Positions 19,747-29,347 of a stretch of 64,000 bases of DNA are shown one piece after another. A program made the position numbers and the translations under genes. The stretch covers positions 2,816,001 to 2,880,000 of the forward strand of contig CAXXLL010000003.1 in assembly GCA_963662545.2 (NCBI GenBank), given 5' to 3'. Position 1 is the stretch's first letter, and every line of letters starts with the position of its first letter. This DNA comes from Gammaproteobacteria bacterium. Its GTDB lineage: Bacteria > Pseudomonadota > Gammaproteobacteria > Ga0077536. The notes below the pieces were generated by a model that worked only from the letters and a program-made list of their open reading frames with translations, was not told the DNA's origin and ran no database searches.

Positions 19747-20607
19747 TTAGCGGTCGTCCCGGAATTGGCGTTGGAACAGTTCGCGACGCTCCTGCGCATC
19801 GACGGTCAAGGTTGCGATGGGCCGCGCCTGAAGGCGGTCAATGCCTATCTCTTCGCCCGTTTCCTCGCAAAAGCCATATGATCCGTCGTCGATTCGCTTC
19901 ATCGCTTCATCAATTTTCTTGAGCAGTTTTCGGTAACGATCGCGAGTTCTAAGCTCGAGAATGTTGTCACTTTCGCGGCTGGCGCGTTCGGCTTCATCGC
20001 CGACATCGCGTATTTCGGATTTCAGATGTTCGAGCGTTTCCTGGGATTCGATGATGAGTTCTTCACGCCAGTGCTGCAGCTTGTTGCGAAAGTACAGCAT
20101 GTGCTTTGGGCCCATGTATTTATCTTTGGGCGAGGGTTTATAGCTCTTCGATAACTTCACTTTGTCGAGGTTGAAAGTGCGCGTGCGAATCACCCGCGTT
20201 ACCGCCGACACAGGCTTGGCCGCAGCGATTTTCGCGACCGCCGTATTCCGCCTGGTCGCAGCGCTACGCTTTTTCTTGGTAGGGGCTTTTTCTGCACGCG
20301 CGCTCGAGGTCTTCGTTTTTGCGACTTGCTTCTTTTTAGCTGCCTTTTTAGCCGCCGGTCTCCTTTTTGCCGGCGTCTTGCGCGACATGGCCTTTTTCTT
20401 GGCTACTTTCTTCTTTAGCGTTTTTTTCCTGGCTTTCTTTACTACCGCCTTCTTCCTGGCCGGCGTCTTCTTCTTAGCGGTTTTCCTGGTCACTTTTTTC
20501 TTGGCTGACGCCTTCTTTTTCACGGTCTTTGACCGTATCGCCTTCTTTTTCGTCCCTGTGCGAGAATTCGTCTTCTTCGCAGAGGATTTCTTTGTTGCTT
20601 TCGCCAC
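19747..20607 (-). CDS. dksA: DksA with a long Lys/Ala-rich N-terminal extension
   Basis: YM...YFR, DEAERAS, LELRTRDRYRKLLKKI, GSYGFCEETGEEIG..RL.ARP.A. GAGG RBS before GTG 20607. Confidence 0.92.
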   Translation of the reverse strand: MAKATKKSSAKKTNSRTGTKKKAIRSKTVKKKASAKKKVTRKTAKKKTPARKKAVVKKARKKTLKKKVAKKKAMSRKTPAKRRPAAKKAAKKKQVAKTKTSSARAEKAPTKKKRSAATRRNTAVAKIAAAKPVSAVTRVIRTRTFNLDKVKLSKSYKPSPKDKYMGPKHMLYFRNKLQHWREELIIESQETLEHLKSEIRDVGDEAERASRESDNILELRTRDRYRKLLKKIDEAMKRIDDGSYGFCEETGEEIGIDRLQARPIATLTVDAQERRELFQRQFRDDR

Positions 20608-20858
20608 GGTTGTTACCTCTCGTGGGCCTTGATTCGCCGTTAAATTGGCATACGGTGGCCGCCATTCGCTTGATTTGCAGCTTGGGTCCCGAAAACCGGG
20701 GCGCAACATTAATCATTTTCACTGATGAGCGCAATATTGCTCCCGCCGGGAATCTTCTAGCCGGCGGCTATGTGTTTCGAGTGAGCTACCGCGGAGCAGA
20801 ATATCGAAACCGTTTGCCGTGCGGCAAACCTGTACATATGGGATATTCAAAGCGCCTT

Positions 20859-21584
20859 TCACTGGGTCCACCACCGGTCGAGTTCCATGCGAAGTGCGCC
20901 ATAATTCAAGGCATCAGATGTGCTGCGTTCGGTACGTTCCAAACGGACGAGACCGATATGCGGTGCAAACCATTCCTTGCTTGTGACTTCAATGTCGGTA
21001 CGGCCGATGGTATTCCCGACGTCGGTATTGGTCGTACCGCGCCCAGACACCAACAGGCAGCCAGTGAAGCGGCCGGCGGGTGTCTGCACGGTTTCGGTCA
21101 GCGAGTCGATCCGATACTCGACCTCGACCGGGACGTTGATTCTAAATAGGGTTTCCCAAGGCGGTCCCTTGCTCTCGAGCACGGATGTCGTTGTGATGCT
21201 GCGCCATCGCTGCGCCAACGTGGGTGCATGCGGGAGGATCAGTCTCTTTTCCTGATGATACGTAACGGCGCCATCCCTGCGGCGACGCTCGCCGATCCTG
21301 TAAACGCCGTCGGCGTTCAGCACATAATAATAGCGGCGTCCGTCCATCGTTTCTCGTACCGCCGTGCCCTGCTTTGCGCCGACATCGGGGGACACCGTGT
21401 AGATCGCGTAGCGCAATTCGCTGACCCCGTCCATCGTGGTGCGTTCGATGCGATATTGCCAGTGCGATCCTGGAGTAAGGGGAAAGAACGCATGTTCTGG
21501 GGGCGAGGGCGACGACCCGCACCCCCCCAGCAATGTCCAGAGCCCAATGCAGGCCAGGATGCGGCAGGCATTACTCAAACTCAC
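20859..21584 (-). CDS. Hypothetical lipoprotein
   Basis: Lipobox-like LGGC. FFPL.PG..W.Y, ETV.TPAGRF..C and WFAP.IGLVR pattern. Confidence 0.7.
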   Translation of the reverse strand: MSLSNACRILACIGLWTLLGGCGSSPSPPEHAFFPLTPGSHWQYRIERTTMDGVSELRYAIYTVSPDVGAKQGTAVRETMDGRRYYYVLNADGVYRIGERRRRDGAVTYHQEKRLILPHAPTLAQRWRSITTTSVLESKGPPWETLFRINVPVEVEYRIDSLTETVQTPAGRFTGCLLVSGRGTTNTDVGNTIGRTDIEVTSKEWFAPHIGLVRLERTERSTSDALNYGALRMELDRWWTQ

Positions 21585-21597
21585 GGCTTAGACCTAA

Positions 21598-21759
21598 GAA
21601 ACCTCTGAATAAGTAATGGCACGCCTGCCTTGCGCCTGAAATCGCGGAGCCTTACGTTACGAATCTTGCCCATAGTCCCCGCTATGGCCTGCAATTCGTG
21701 CCTTGATCTGCACGATTGCATGCACCGTTCACCCGCACCATAACTTATTCAGAGGTTTC
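21598..21759. mobile_element. 162-bp MITE (copy 2, intact)
   Basis: Perfect 17-bp terminal inverted repeats GAAACCTCTGAATAAGT / ACTTATTCAGAGGTTTC. CTAA direct repeats at 21594-21597 and 21760-21763. No transposase. Confidence 0.9.
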
Positions 21760-22199
21760 CTAAAGAACCGGGTGCCCAAAACCATTCGTAATGAACCACG
21801 CATCAGTTCAACCGGTAAGATCCTGGCTAGGTACTCGACCGAGGCAGATTGTGGTCGCCGATCACGCACATGGCGTCACGCGATCATAATGTTCCAGTGA
21901 GCAAGATTTTCGGCGGCGTTTAGGGACCGGGGAGCCGACGGAATCAGCAACGCGGATCCGATAACCCGGCGGCGGGGTGCGATTGCTTCCCCTATGCAAA
22001 TGGGTCTAGTAAACTCTGCGCAGCGCGGATCCGGGCGAAAAACACAAGCCGATTTTGCTCCGCGGGAACTCGAAATGAGAGGGTCCCCAGGGTTTAGGGG
22101 GTAGCGAAAATCGAGCCGCAACCGCCCGGGGAAAGACTTCGAATCATATCTAACGTGGATGACCGGCTGCCGATTCGCCGATGTAGTAAGGGGATACGC

Positions 22200-22523
22200 A
22201 TGTGCAGTCGAATAATCTCGGTTCTGCTGGCGGCAACGCTCGGGATACTGGCGACTCCGGTTTTCGCGGACGGCGATGCTGGCGCGGGTCGTCAAAAGGC
22301 CGAAACCTGCATGGGATGCCACGGAGTCAAGGGCTATTTCAACGTCTACCCGACCTACCACGTGCCGAAACTCGGCGGGCAGGGTGCTCAGTACATTGCA
22401 AGCGCGCTAAAGGCTTATCAACAGGGCACGCGCACGCATGGCACGATGCACGCCAATGCCGAAAGCCTGAACGATCAGGACATCGCCGATATCGCGGCAT
22501 TCCTGGAAAACTACGAAGACTGA
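22200..22523 (+). CDS. Monoheme c-type cytochrome (c553/c4-like)
   Basis: Signal peptide, CMGCH, PKLGGQ, distal Met. Confidence 0.92.
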   Translation: MCSRIISVLLAATLGILATPVFADGDAGAGRQKAETCMGCHGVKGYFNVYPTYHVPKLGGQGAQYIASALKAYQQGTRTHGTMHANAESLNDQDIADIAAFLENYED

Positions 22524-22563
22524 TCTTCAAGCGGCGTCCGGCGGCGCTGTGGGGGTATGTTGT

Positions 22564-22923
22564 ATGAAGCTTAAAAGGTTCATGGGAATTCTCGTGTCGT
22601 TGGGACTGGCGTTCTCCACCGGTGCGGCCATGGCCGCTGAGGAAGCGAGCGACGAGAACGGCATGAGCTTCGATGCCAAACTGCAGTCGTGTTTCGCCTG
22701 CCACGGGGAAAATGGGGATAAACCGCTGCTGCCGGATTATCCGATCCTCTCCGGGCAATACGCCGATTACCTCGCCCAGGCACTCAAATCCTATCGCTCC
22801 GGCCGTTGGCAGCATCCGATCATGAACGCCCAGGTCATGGCGCTCGGCTTGACTGATGCCGACATCGAGGCGTTGGCCGCGTATTTCGCCTCAAAGAAAG
22901 GCTTGATCAACCTCGGCAAATAG
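22564..22923 (+). CDS. Monoheme c-type cytochrome (c553/c4-like)
   Basis: Signal peptide, CFACH, YPILSGQYADYL, HPIM. Confidence 0.92.
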   Translation: MKLKRFMGILVSLGLAFSTGAAMAAEEASDENGMSFDAKLQSCFACHGENGDKPLLPDYPILSGQYADYLAQALKSYRSGRWQHPIMNAQVMALGLTDADIEALAAYFASKKGLINLGK

Positions 22924-23177
22924 GCGCTCGCTGCCCCAAATCAACGGAAAAAAGAATAAATATCTAATTTTTAATTCCATTCTCTCATAAGACGGTCCTG
23001 CCCGATTAGGATCTGCTTTATAATCTCTACTCAGCAGATACCCCAATTTGACACTACGCCAGGCCGTCACCCCGGTGACTGTCTAATCGGCCGGCCTCGG
23101 AGGGGGGCCGAAAGAGGATGAGCGTCGGGTCGATGCTGCGAGACCTGGCGTCACCCGGCCAGGTCCACCACGACATA

Positions 23178-23215
23178 TAAAAGAATAATGAGCACGTAAA
23201 AGAATAATGAGCACG
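23178..23215 (+). repeat. 19-bp tandem duplication spanning the start codon of the KamA-like gene
   Basis: TAAAAGAATAATGAGCACG occurs twice in tandem. Confidence 0.9.
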
Positions 23216-24577
23216 CGATCTTCAATCACCCCGGCACTGTCCTCGCGTAGCGGATTTCTCCCACGTAAATTCCGCGTCTACACCGAGCGGCAGATGGATC
23301 AAATCGAACCCGTATCCAGGCTCGATCCCGAGCAGCGTTTCGCCATGCACGTCGTGGCCAACGTCCTCCCATTTCGGGTCAACCAGTACGTCATCGAGGA
23401 GCTGATTGACTGGGGCAATATCCCGGAAGATCCGGTCTTTCAGCTCACCTTTCCGCAGCGCGGGATGCTGGACGAGGAATCGTATTCCCGCATGTCATCG
23501 CTCCTCTCCGATGAACCGGATGCCCGGGAAATTCGCGAATTAGCGACCGAATTGAGGCAAGCGCTGAATCCGCACCCGGCGGGACAGAAAACCCTCAATG
23601 TGCCGCATATTGACGGCAAGGCGCTCCCGGGTATGCAGCACAAATATGACGAAACGGTGCTGTTTTTTCCGAGCCAGGGGCAGGTTTGCCACGCTTACTG
23701 CACGTTCTGCTTCCGTTGGGCTCAGTTTGTCGGCGACAAAGCGCTGCGCTTCGCCGCCGCAGAAGCCGGTGAGTTGAAGCGTTATCTCGCCGAGCACCGC
23801 GAGGTCAGCGATGTCCTCGTCACCGGGGGCGACCCGATGGTGATGAAAGCCAGTAATCTCCGGACCTATCTCGAAGCGCTCCTGGCACCCGAACTGGAAC
23901 ACGTACAGACCATCCGAATAGGTACCAAGGCGCTGAGCTATTGGCCGTACCGCTTCGTCACCGACGAAGACGCTGACGATTTGCTACGCCTTTTGGAGAA
24001 TTTGGCGGAGCGCGGTAAACACGTTGCCATCATGGCTCACATCAACCACTGGCGAGAGCTCGAACCGCCGATCGTCGCCGAGGCCGTTCGGCGGCTACGC
24101 GACGCCGGGGCAGTTATTAGGGCGCAAGCGCCGCTGCTGGCACACATCAACGACGATGCATCGGTCTGGGCGCGCCTCTGGCGTGAAGAGGTCAAACTAG
24201 GTATCCACCCCTATTACATGTTCGTCGAGCGCGATACCGGCGCCAGGCGCTATTTCGAGGTACCGCTCGTCGACGCCTGGCACATCTACCGGAATGCGAT
24301 GAAGGGTGTCTCGGGGCTTGCCCGCACCGCGAGGGGGCCGTCGATGAGCGCGGGGCCGGGTAAAGTCGAGATCCAGGGCGTGACCGAAATTCAGGGGGAG
24401 CGGGTATTCGCGATGCGGTTTATCCAAGGGCGGAATCCTGACTGGGTACAGCGCCCGTTTTTTGCCCACTACGACGACACGGCGACCTGGCTCGACGATC
24501 TCAAACCCGCGTTCGGGGATCGCGAATTCTTCTTTGAAGCCGAATACCGGAGCATGCTCGAACTCGTCGCTCATTGA
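23207..24577 (+). CDS. KamA-family radical SAM aminomutase-like enzyme
   Basis: HKYDETVL, CHAYCTFCFR (CxxxCxxC), DVLVTGGDP, IRIGTK, INDD, PYYMF. Confidence 0.9.
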   Translation: MSTRSSITPALSSRSGFLPRKFRVYTERQMDQIEPVSRLDPEQRFAMHVVANVLPFRVNQYVIEELIDWGNIPEDPVFQLTFPQRGMLDEESYSRMSSLLSDEPDAREIRELATELRQALNPHPAGQKTLNVPHIDGKALPGMQHKYDETVLFFPSQGQVCHAYCTFCFRWAQFVGDKALRFAAAEAGELKRYLAEHREVSDVLVTGGDPMVMKASNLRTYLEALLAPELEHVQTIRIGTKALSYWPYRFVTDEDADDLLRLLENLAERGKHVAIMAHINHWRELEPPIVAEAVRRLRDAGAVIRAQAPLLAHINDDASVWARLWREEVKLGIHPYYMFVERDTGARRYFEVPLVDAWHIYRNAMKGVSGLARTARGPSMSAGPGKVEIQGVTEIQGERVFAMRFIQGRNPDWVQRPFFAHYDDTATWLDDLKPAFGDREFFFEAEYRSMLELVAH

Positions 24578-24686
24578 CTGACGCCGGATACGGCGCCGAA
24601 TCTCCGAATTTTCTACAAGTTTACGTGGTCCAATGACTTGATCCGCGGCGCGGGCATGCGAGGATGCGCGTCATAATCGAGTACTA

Positions 24687-25958
24687 ATGGCCCCGAAATT
24701 GCGCAAATTCAAACAAGCTTCTGTTCCCGTCCTCATTCTGGTCGTCGGGCTGGCTTTGGCCGCGTACTTCGTGGGCTCACGTCCGCGCGCGCTGCCGAAA
24801 TCCCCGGAAGAGAAGGTATGGCCGATCGCTGTGACCGAGGTCGCGCGTCGGGACGTACAGCCCGACATTCGTGTTTTCGGTGAGATCCAGGCAGGCCGCG
24901 AGGCGGAGATCCGGGCCATGGTGGCGGGGCAGTTGGTGGAGCTGAACCCGGAATTCCGTGATGGCGCGCTCATCCGGGCCGGGACGCAACTCGCCATAAT
25001 CGATCCCGTTGACTACGAAATCCACCTGGCCGAGCAGCGCGCCGAACTCGCGCAGGCCCAGTCGCTGCTGCACGAATACGAACGCGAACGTGTTTGGGAA
25101 TCGAAACTCCTGACGAATGCCAAACGGCAGGTCGAACTCGCCCGGCGGGGCTTGGAGCGTGCTACTAAACTCGCGAGCACCGGGCGCGATAGCAAGAAAG
25201 CCCGGGACGACGCCGAAATACAGCTCGCCACAGCCAAGCAGACTGAGCTGCAAAAAGCACAGGCGGCGGCGCGGATGGCCGCACGGATCGAGCAGCAGCG
25301 GGCGGCCTTGCAACGCGTGCAAGCGACGCTCGCTTCGGCCGAACGTGATCTCGCACATACCCGGGTCGTTGCACCCTTCGACGGCCATATCGCCGACGTA
25401 CGGCTCGCGCTGGGGCAGCGCGTTGCCGTGGGCGAGAGTCTGGGGCGGCTGCTCGCCGCAGACGAACTCGAAGCACGGTTCGAAATTCCGGAAGCAGATT
25501 TCTCGCGTTTGCTGAACACCGATGCGGGTGGGAATGCACTACGGGCGGTGATCGGTCGTAAAGTCGAAATTGCCTGGCGGCTCGGCGACGAAACGCTGCG
25601 CTTCGACGCCCAGATCTCCCGCATTGGAGCGGAGATCGACGCCGCCATGGGCGGCATCGAGATGTTCGCCATTCTGCGCGGAAATGCGACCGATTCCGGC
25701 CTGCGTGCCGGGGCGTTCATCGAAGTTAAAGTGGCCGACGTCGAATATCGTTCGGTATTTGTCGTGCCCGCGAAAGCGGTCTCCGATGAAGGCCTCGCCT
25801 ATGTATTTGATGGTGATCGACTGCAGCAGGTCGAAGTACGCGTGTTACGGAAAATGGGCGACGAACTGATCATCGACGGGCCACTCGATGACGGTGCAAA
25901 AGTAGTCGCCAAGCAGTTCGCGGGCATCGGTCCAGGACTCAAAGCGCGGGCCTTATGA
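24687..25958 (+). CDS. RND periplasmic adaptor (membrane fusion protein)
   Basis: N-terminal anchor, lipoyl-like halves, long coiled coil, APFDG. Confidence 0.9.
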   Translation: MAPKLRKFKQASVPVLILVVGLALAAYFVGSRPRALPKSPEEKVWPIAVTEVARRDVQPDIRVFGEIQAGREAEIRAMVAGQLVELNPEFRDGALIRAGTQLAIIDPVDYEIHLAEQRAELAQAQSLLHEYERERVWESKLLTNAKRQVELARRGLERATKLASTGRDSKKARDDAEIQLATAKQTELQKAQAAARMAARIEQQRAALQRVQATLASAERDLAHTRVVAPFDGHIADVRLALGQRVAVGESLGRLLAADELEARFEIPEADFSRLLNTDAGGNALRAVIGRKVEIAWRLGDETLRFDAQISRIGAEIDAAMGGIEMFAILRGNATDSGLRAGAFIEVKVADVEYRSVFVVPAKAVSDEGLAYVFDGDRLQQVEVRVLRKMGDELIIDGPLDDGAKVVAKQFAGIGPGLKARAL

Positions 25959-25961
25959 ACA

Positions 25962-26217
25962 CTAGCCCGCATATCTCACCAGCCTTCTGCTGCGGCGGCC
26001 CAATGGCACGCCCTGACTGGCGTTCGCTCGGTCGGAATGCTCAACGTAGTTTCACCTACGCCTAGGCGTTCCTCGGTCGCGACAAGTCCGCCGGGAGCGG
26101 ACTTGAACAGCCGCCAGGCTGGCCCGAAGGGCGGAGGGCAGGACGCCCGGAGTTACGCCAGCCATGCCGCACCCTTGAACCACCTCGCGACGAACGCTGG
26201 TGAGATATGCGAGCTAG
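25962..26217. mobile_element. 252-bp non-autonomous inverted-repeat element (MITE-like)
   Basis: CTAGCCCGCATATCTCACCAGC ... GCTGGTGAGATATGCGAGCTAG (21/22 inverted match, including the flanking CTAG at 25962 and 26214). Confidence 0.85.
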
Positions 26218-29200
26218 CAGCCGCGGCCCGATAGCACTTTTTGCGGAACATCGCACGGCGGCCAACCTGTTGCTGGCGCTGATGTTCGTCTGCGGTTTGT
26301 TCGCACTGACCCAGATCAACCGCCAGTTCTTCCCCGATTTCGGCATCGACATGGTAACCGTAACGGTCAGCTGGCCGGGTGCCACGGCGGCAGATGTCGA
26401 CGCCAACATCGTGCAGGGCATCGAGCCGGAAGTTCGCTTTCTCAGCGGCGTCAAAAAGGTGATCTCGTCGTCATACGAAGGCGTTGCCAGCATTACCATC
26501 GAATTTGAACCGGGCTACGACATGCAGGAAGGGCTGTCGGACGTCGAATCGGCGGTCGGCCAGGTACGGACCCTGCCGGAGGATTCGGAGCGGCCGGAGG
26601 TTCGGCACATCGTGCGCTACGAGACCGTCTCGCGGCTGGTTCTATCCGGGCCCTTCCCAGAGCATTCACTGAAACAATACGCCAAACGGATTCGTAACGA
26701 ATTGCTGAGCCGCGGTATCGATCGGATTGATTTCTATGGTGCCCGCGATGAGGAAATCTGGGTTGAAATCCGACCCGAGGTACTGCGCAAACTCGATCTA
26801 AAGCTCGGCGACATCGCTGAGAGGATTCGAGAGACATCGCAGGATCTGCCATCCGGTGAACTCGCGGGTGGCGAACGCCAGGTCAGAAGCCTCGGGCTCA
26901 TGCGCGAAGCCGGCGAGATTCGCGAGGTCGAAATCAAGTCCCTGGCAGACGGCCGCAAGATCCTGCTTGGCGACGTCGCGCGCGTAACCGAGGCATTCGA
27001 AGAGGGGGGGAAGAAGGCGATACGGCTTGGCAATCCTGCGATCGAGCTTCGCATCCTCCGCTCCATCAACACCGACGCGCTGACCGTGTCGGAAACCGTC
27101 AGGGACTACGTCGAGGAAGTCGCTGCAAGCCTACCACCCCAGCTGAGCGTGGAGGAATTCGACGTGCGCGCCAAGTCGATTCGCCAACGCATCGATCTGC
27201 TCGTGGGTAATGGCTTGGGAGGCTTGGTCCTGATCCTCGCCGTCCTGTTCCTGTTCCTGAACGTACGGGTTGCGATCTGGATTGCCGTCGGGATCCCTGC
27301 ATCATTGCTGGCGGCGGTCGCGATCATGTGGTTGAGCGGTCAGACCATCAACATGATCAGCATGTTCGGCATGATCATGGCCATCGGCATCGTCGTCGAC
27401 GATGCGATCGTCGTCGGCGAACACGCCGAGCAAAAATTCCGGGAGGGCATGCCGGCGATGGATGCAGCGATCGCAGGCGCGCGGCGCATGGCGGCACCAG
27501 TATCGAGCTCGACCCTGACGACCGTCGCCGCGTTCATGCCGCTGTTCCTGATCTCCGGCATCATGGGTCAGATCATCTCGGCGATTCCCTTCGTCGTCGT
27601 CGCGGTCCTGCTGGCGAGCCTGCTCGAATGCTTTTTCGTGCTACCCGGTCACTTGAGCCATGCCTTGAAGCCGATGTCGACAGCAACGCGCGCCGGTCGC
27701 CTACGCGAACGCTTCGACACTGCGTTCGCACGATTTCGCAATCATCGCTTTCGCCGCATCGCCGAGCACGCGATACGCAATCGATATACTACGGTGGCGT
27801 TCGCCGTCTCCGCATTTATCATCGCCGTCGCCGTCGTGGTCGGCGGCCGCGTCGGTTATCAATTCTTCCCATCGCCCGAACCCGACAAGATCTACGCGAA
27901 CCTCGAGATGGTCGCCGGTACCTCGCGCGACGATACGCGGCGCGCGATTCTGGAAGTCGAGGACGCTCTGTATCGCGCGGTCGGCGCTCTGGTGGAAGAT
28001 CCGGAAGATCTCATCGTCATGTCACTCGGCAAGATCGGAACGACCATGGGCGGGAGTTCGTCCGCGGCCTCGATCGGTAATACCGACACCATCGGCGGGA
28101 TCATCGTCGAACTCGTCTCGTCGGATGCGAGAGGCATTCCTGCCTCACTGGTCATGCGAAACTGGCGCGAAGCGGTCGACAAACCGGCAGGACTCGAATC
28201 ATTGACTTTTACGGGGCAGCGAACCGGTCCGCCCGGGGGCGACTTGGACATTCGCCTCAAGGGGGGATCGATCGAGGATCTAAAGCAGGCAGCGGGCGAT
28301 CTTGCCGAATTATTGTCGCGTTATCCGGGCTTGGCCGACATCGACGACAACCTCCCTTACAGCAAGCCGGAGGTCGTGCTGAAAGTCAATGCGCGCGGCC
28401 GCGCGATGGGATTTACCACCGCCGACGTCGCCCGGCAGGTACGCAACGCCATCGACGGCGCGATAGCAAAGCGCTTCCCCCGCGGCAATGAGGAAATCTG
28501 GGTGCGTGTGCAGTATCCGCGCGAGGTCGTCGATAACGCCTTACTCGATAACTTTTATCTGCGTTCTCCCGCGGGGAGACATGTCGCCCTCAAGGAAGTC
28601 GTGGATTTTCGCGAGTCTATAGGCTTCGCCAGGATTCGGCGCGAAGACGGGCAGCGCGAGGTCTCCGTCAAGGCCGAGGTCGATATGCTTGTCACGCGAC
28701 CCGATCGGATCATAGAGGCGGTGCAGCGCGACGGCTTGATCGATATCGCCGAACGTTACGGTCTCGATTATTCTTTCGCGGGCCGCGCGGAAGACCAACG
28801 TGAAACGACCTCCGACATGTTCATCGGTGCCGTGCTCGGTCTCATCTTCATCTACATCATTCTCGCGTGGGTATTCTCGAGCTACCTGCGTCCACTGGTG
28901 GTCATGGCGGTGATTCCGATTGGATTCGTCGGCGCCGTGATCGGCCATGGACTGTGGGGTTTCGACCTGACGATCTTAAGTTTTTTCGCCGTCCTCGGAC
29001 TGTCAGGCATCGTCATTAACGATTCCATAGTGCTGGTCACGACCATCGATGATCGACTGCGCGTCGAACCGTTGCTGGACGCGCTGGTCAATGGTACCTG
29101 CGACCGCCTGCGAGCGGTGCTGCTGACCTCGGCGACGACGATCGGCGGACTCAGTCCGATCTTGTTCGAGAAAAGCCTGCAGGCCCAGTTCCTGATCCCA

Positions 29201-29347
29201 ATGGCCCTGACCCTGGTGTTCGGTCTGGCGGTGACGACCTTCGTCGTGCTGCTGCTGGTGCCGGCCCTGATCATGGTCCAGGCAGACCTCACCGAGATGG
29301 TTCGGCGGCGCTTTGCTACGACCGCGACGGCTCCTTCGGCGGTCTAG
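26207..29347 (+). CDS. AcrB/AcrD/AcrF-family RND permease
   Basis: 1046 aa, AANLL, GIVVDDAIVVGE, RLRAVLLTS.TT. The current ATG lies inside the inserted element. Confidence 0.92.
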   Translation: MRASSRGPIALFAEHRTAANLLLALMFVCGLFALTQINRQFFPDFGIDMVTVTVSWPGATAADVDANIVQGIEPEVRFLSGVKKVISSSYEGVASITIEFEPGYDMQEGLSDVESAVGQVRTLPEDSERPEVRHIVRYETVSRLVLSGPFPEHSLKQYAKRIRNELLSRGIDRIDFYGARDEEIWVEIRPEVLRKLDLKLGDIAERIRETSQDLPSGELAGGERQVRSLGLMREAGEIREVEIKSLADGRKILLGDVARVTEAFEEGGKKAIRLGNPAIELRILRSINTDALTVSETVRDYVEEVAASLPPQLSVEEFDVRAKSIRQRIDLLVGNGLGGLVLILAVLFLFLNVRVAIWIAVGIPASLLAAVAIMWLSGQTINMISMFGMIMAIGIVVDDAIVVGEHAEQKFREGMPAMDAAIAGARRMAAPVSSSTLTTVAAFMPLFLISGIMGQIISAIPFVVVAVLLASLLECFFVLPGHLSHALKPMSTATRAGRLRERFDTAFARFRNHRFRRIAEHAIRNRYTTVAFAVSAFIIAVAVVVGGRVGYQFFPSPEPDKIYANLEMVAGTSRDDTRRAILEVEDALYRAVGALVEDPEDLIVMSLGKIGTTMGGSSSAASIGNTDTIGGIIVELVSSDARGIPASLVMRNWREAVDKPAGLESLTFTGQRTGPPGGDLDIRLKGGSIEDLKQAAGDLAELLSRYPGLADIDDNLPYSKPEVVLKVNARGRAMGFTTADVARQVRNAIDGAIAKRFPRGNEEIWVRVQYPREVVDNALLDNFYLRSPAGRHVALKEVVDFRESIGFARIRREDGQREVSVKAEVDMLVTRPDRIIEAVQRDGLIDIAERYGLDYSFAGRAEDQRETTSDMFIGAVLGLIFIYIILAWVFSSYLRPLVVMAVIPIGFVGAVIGHGLWGFDLTILSFFAVLGLSGIVINDSIVLVTTIDDRLRVEPLLDALVNGTCDRLRAVLLTSATTIGGLSPILFEKSLQAQFLIPMALTLVFGLAVTTFVVLLLVPALIMVQADLTEMVRRRFATTATAPSAV

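Noticed and set aside
20162-20632. Hydrophobic Phe-rich plus-strand ORF
   Set aside because: Antisense image of the Lys-rich dksA tail.
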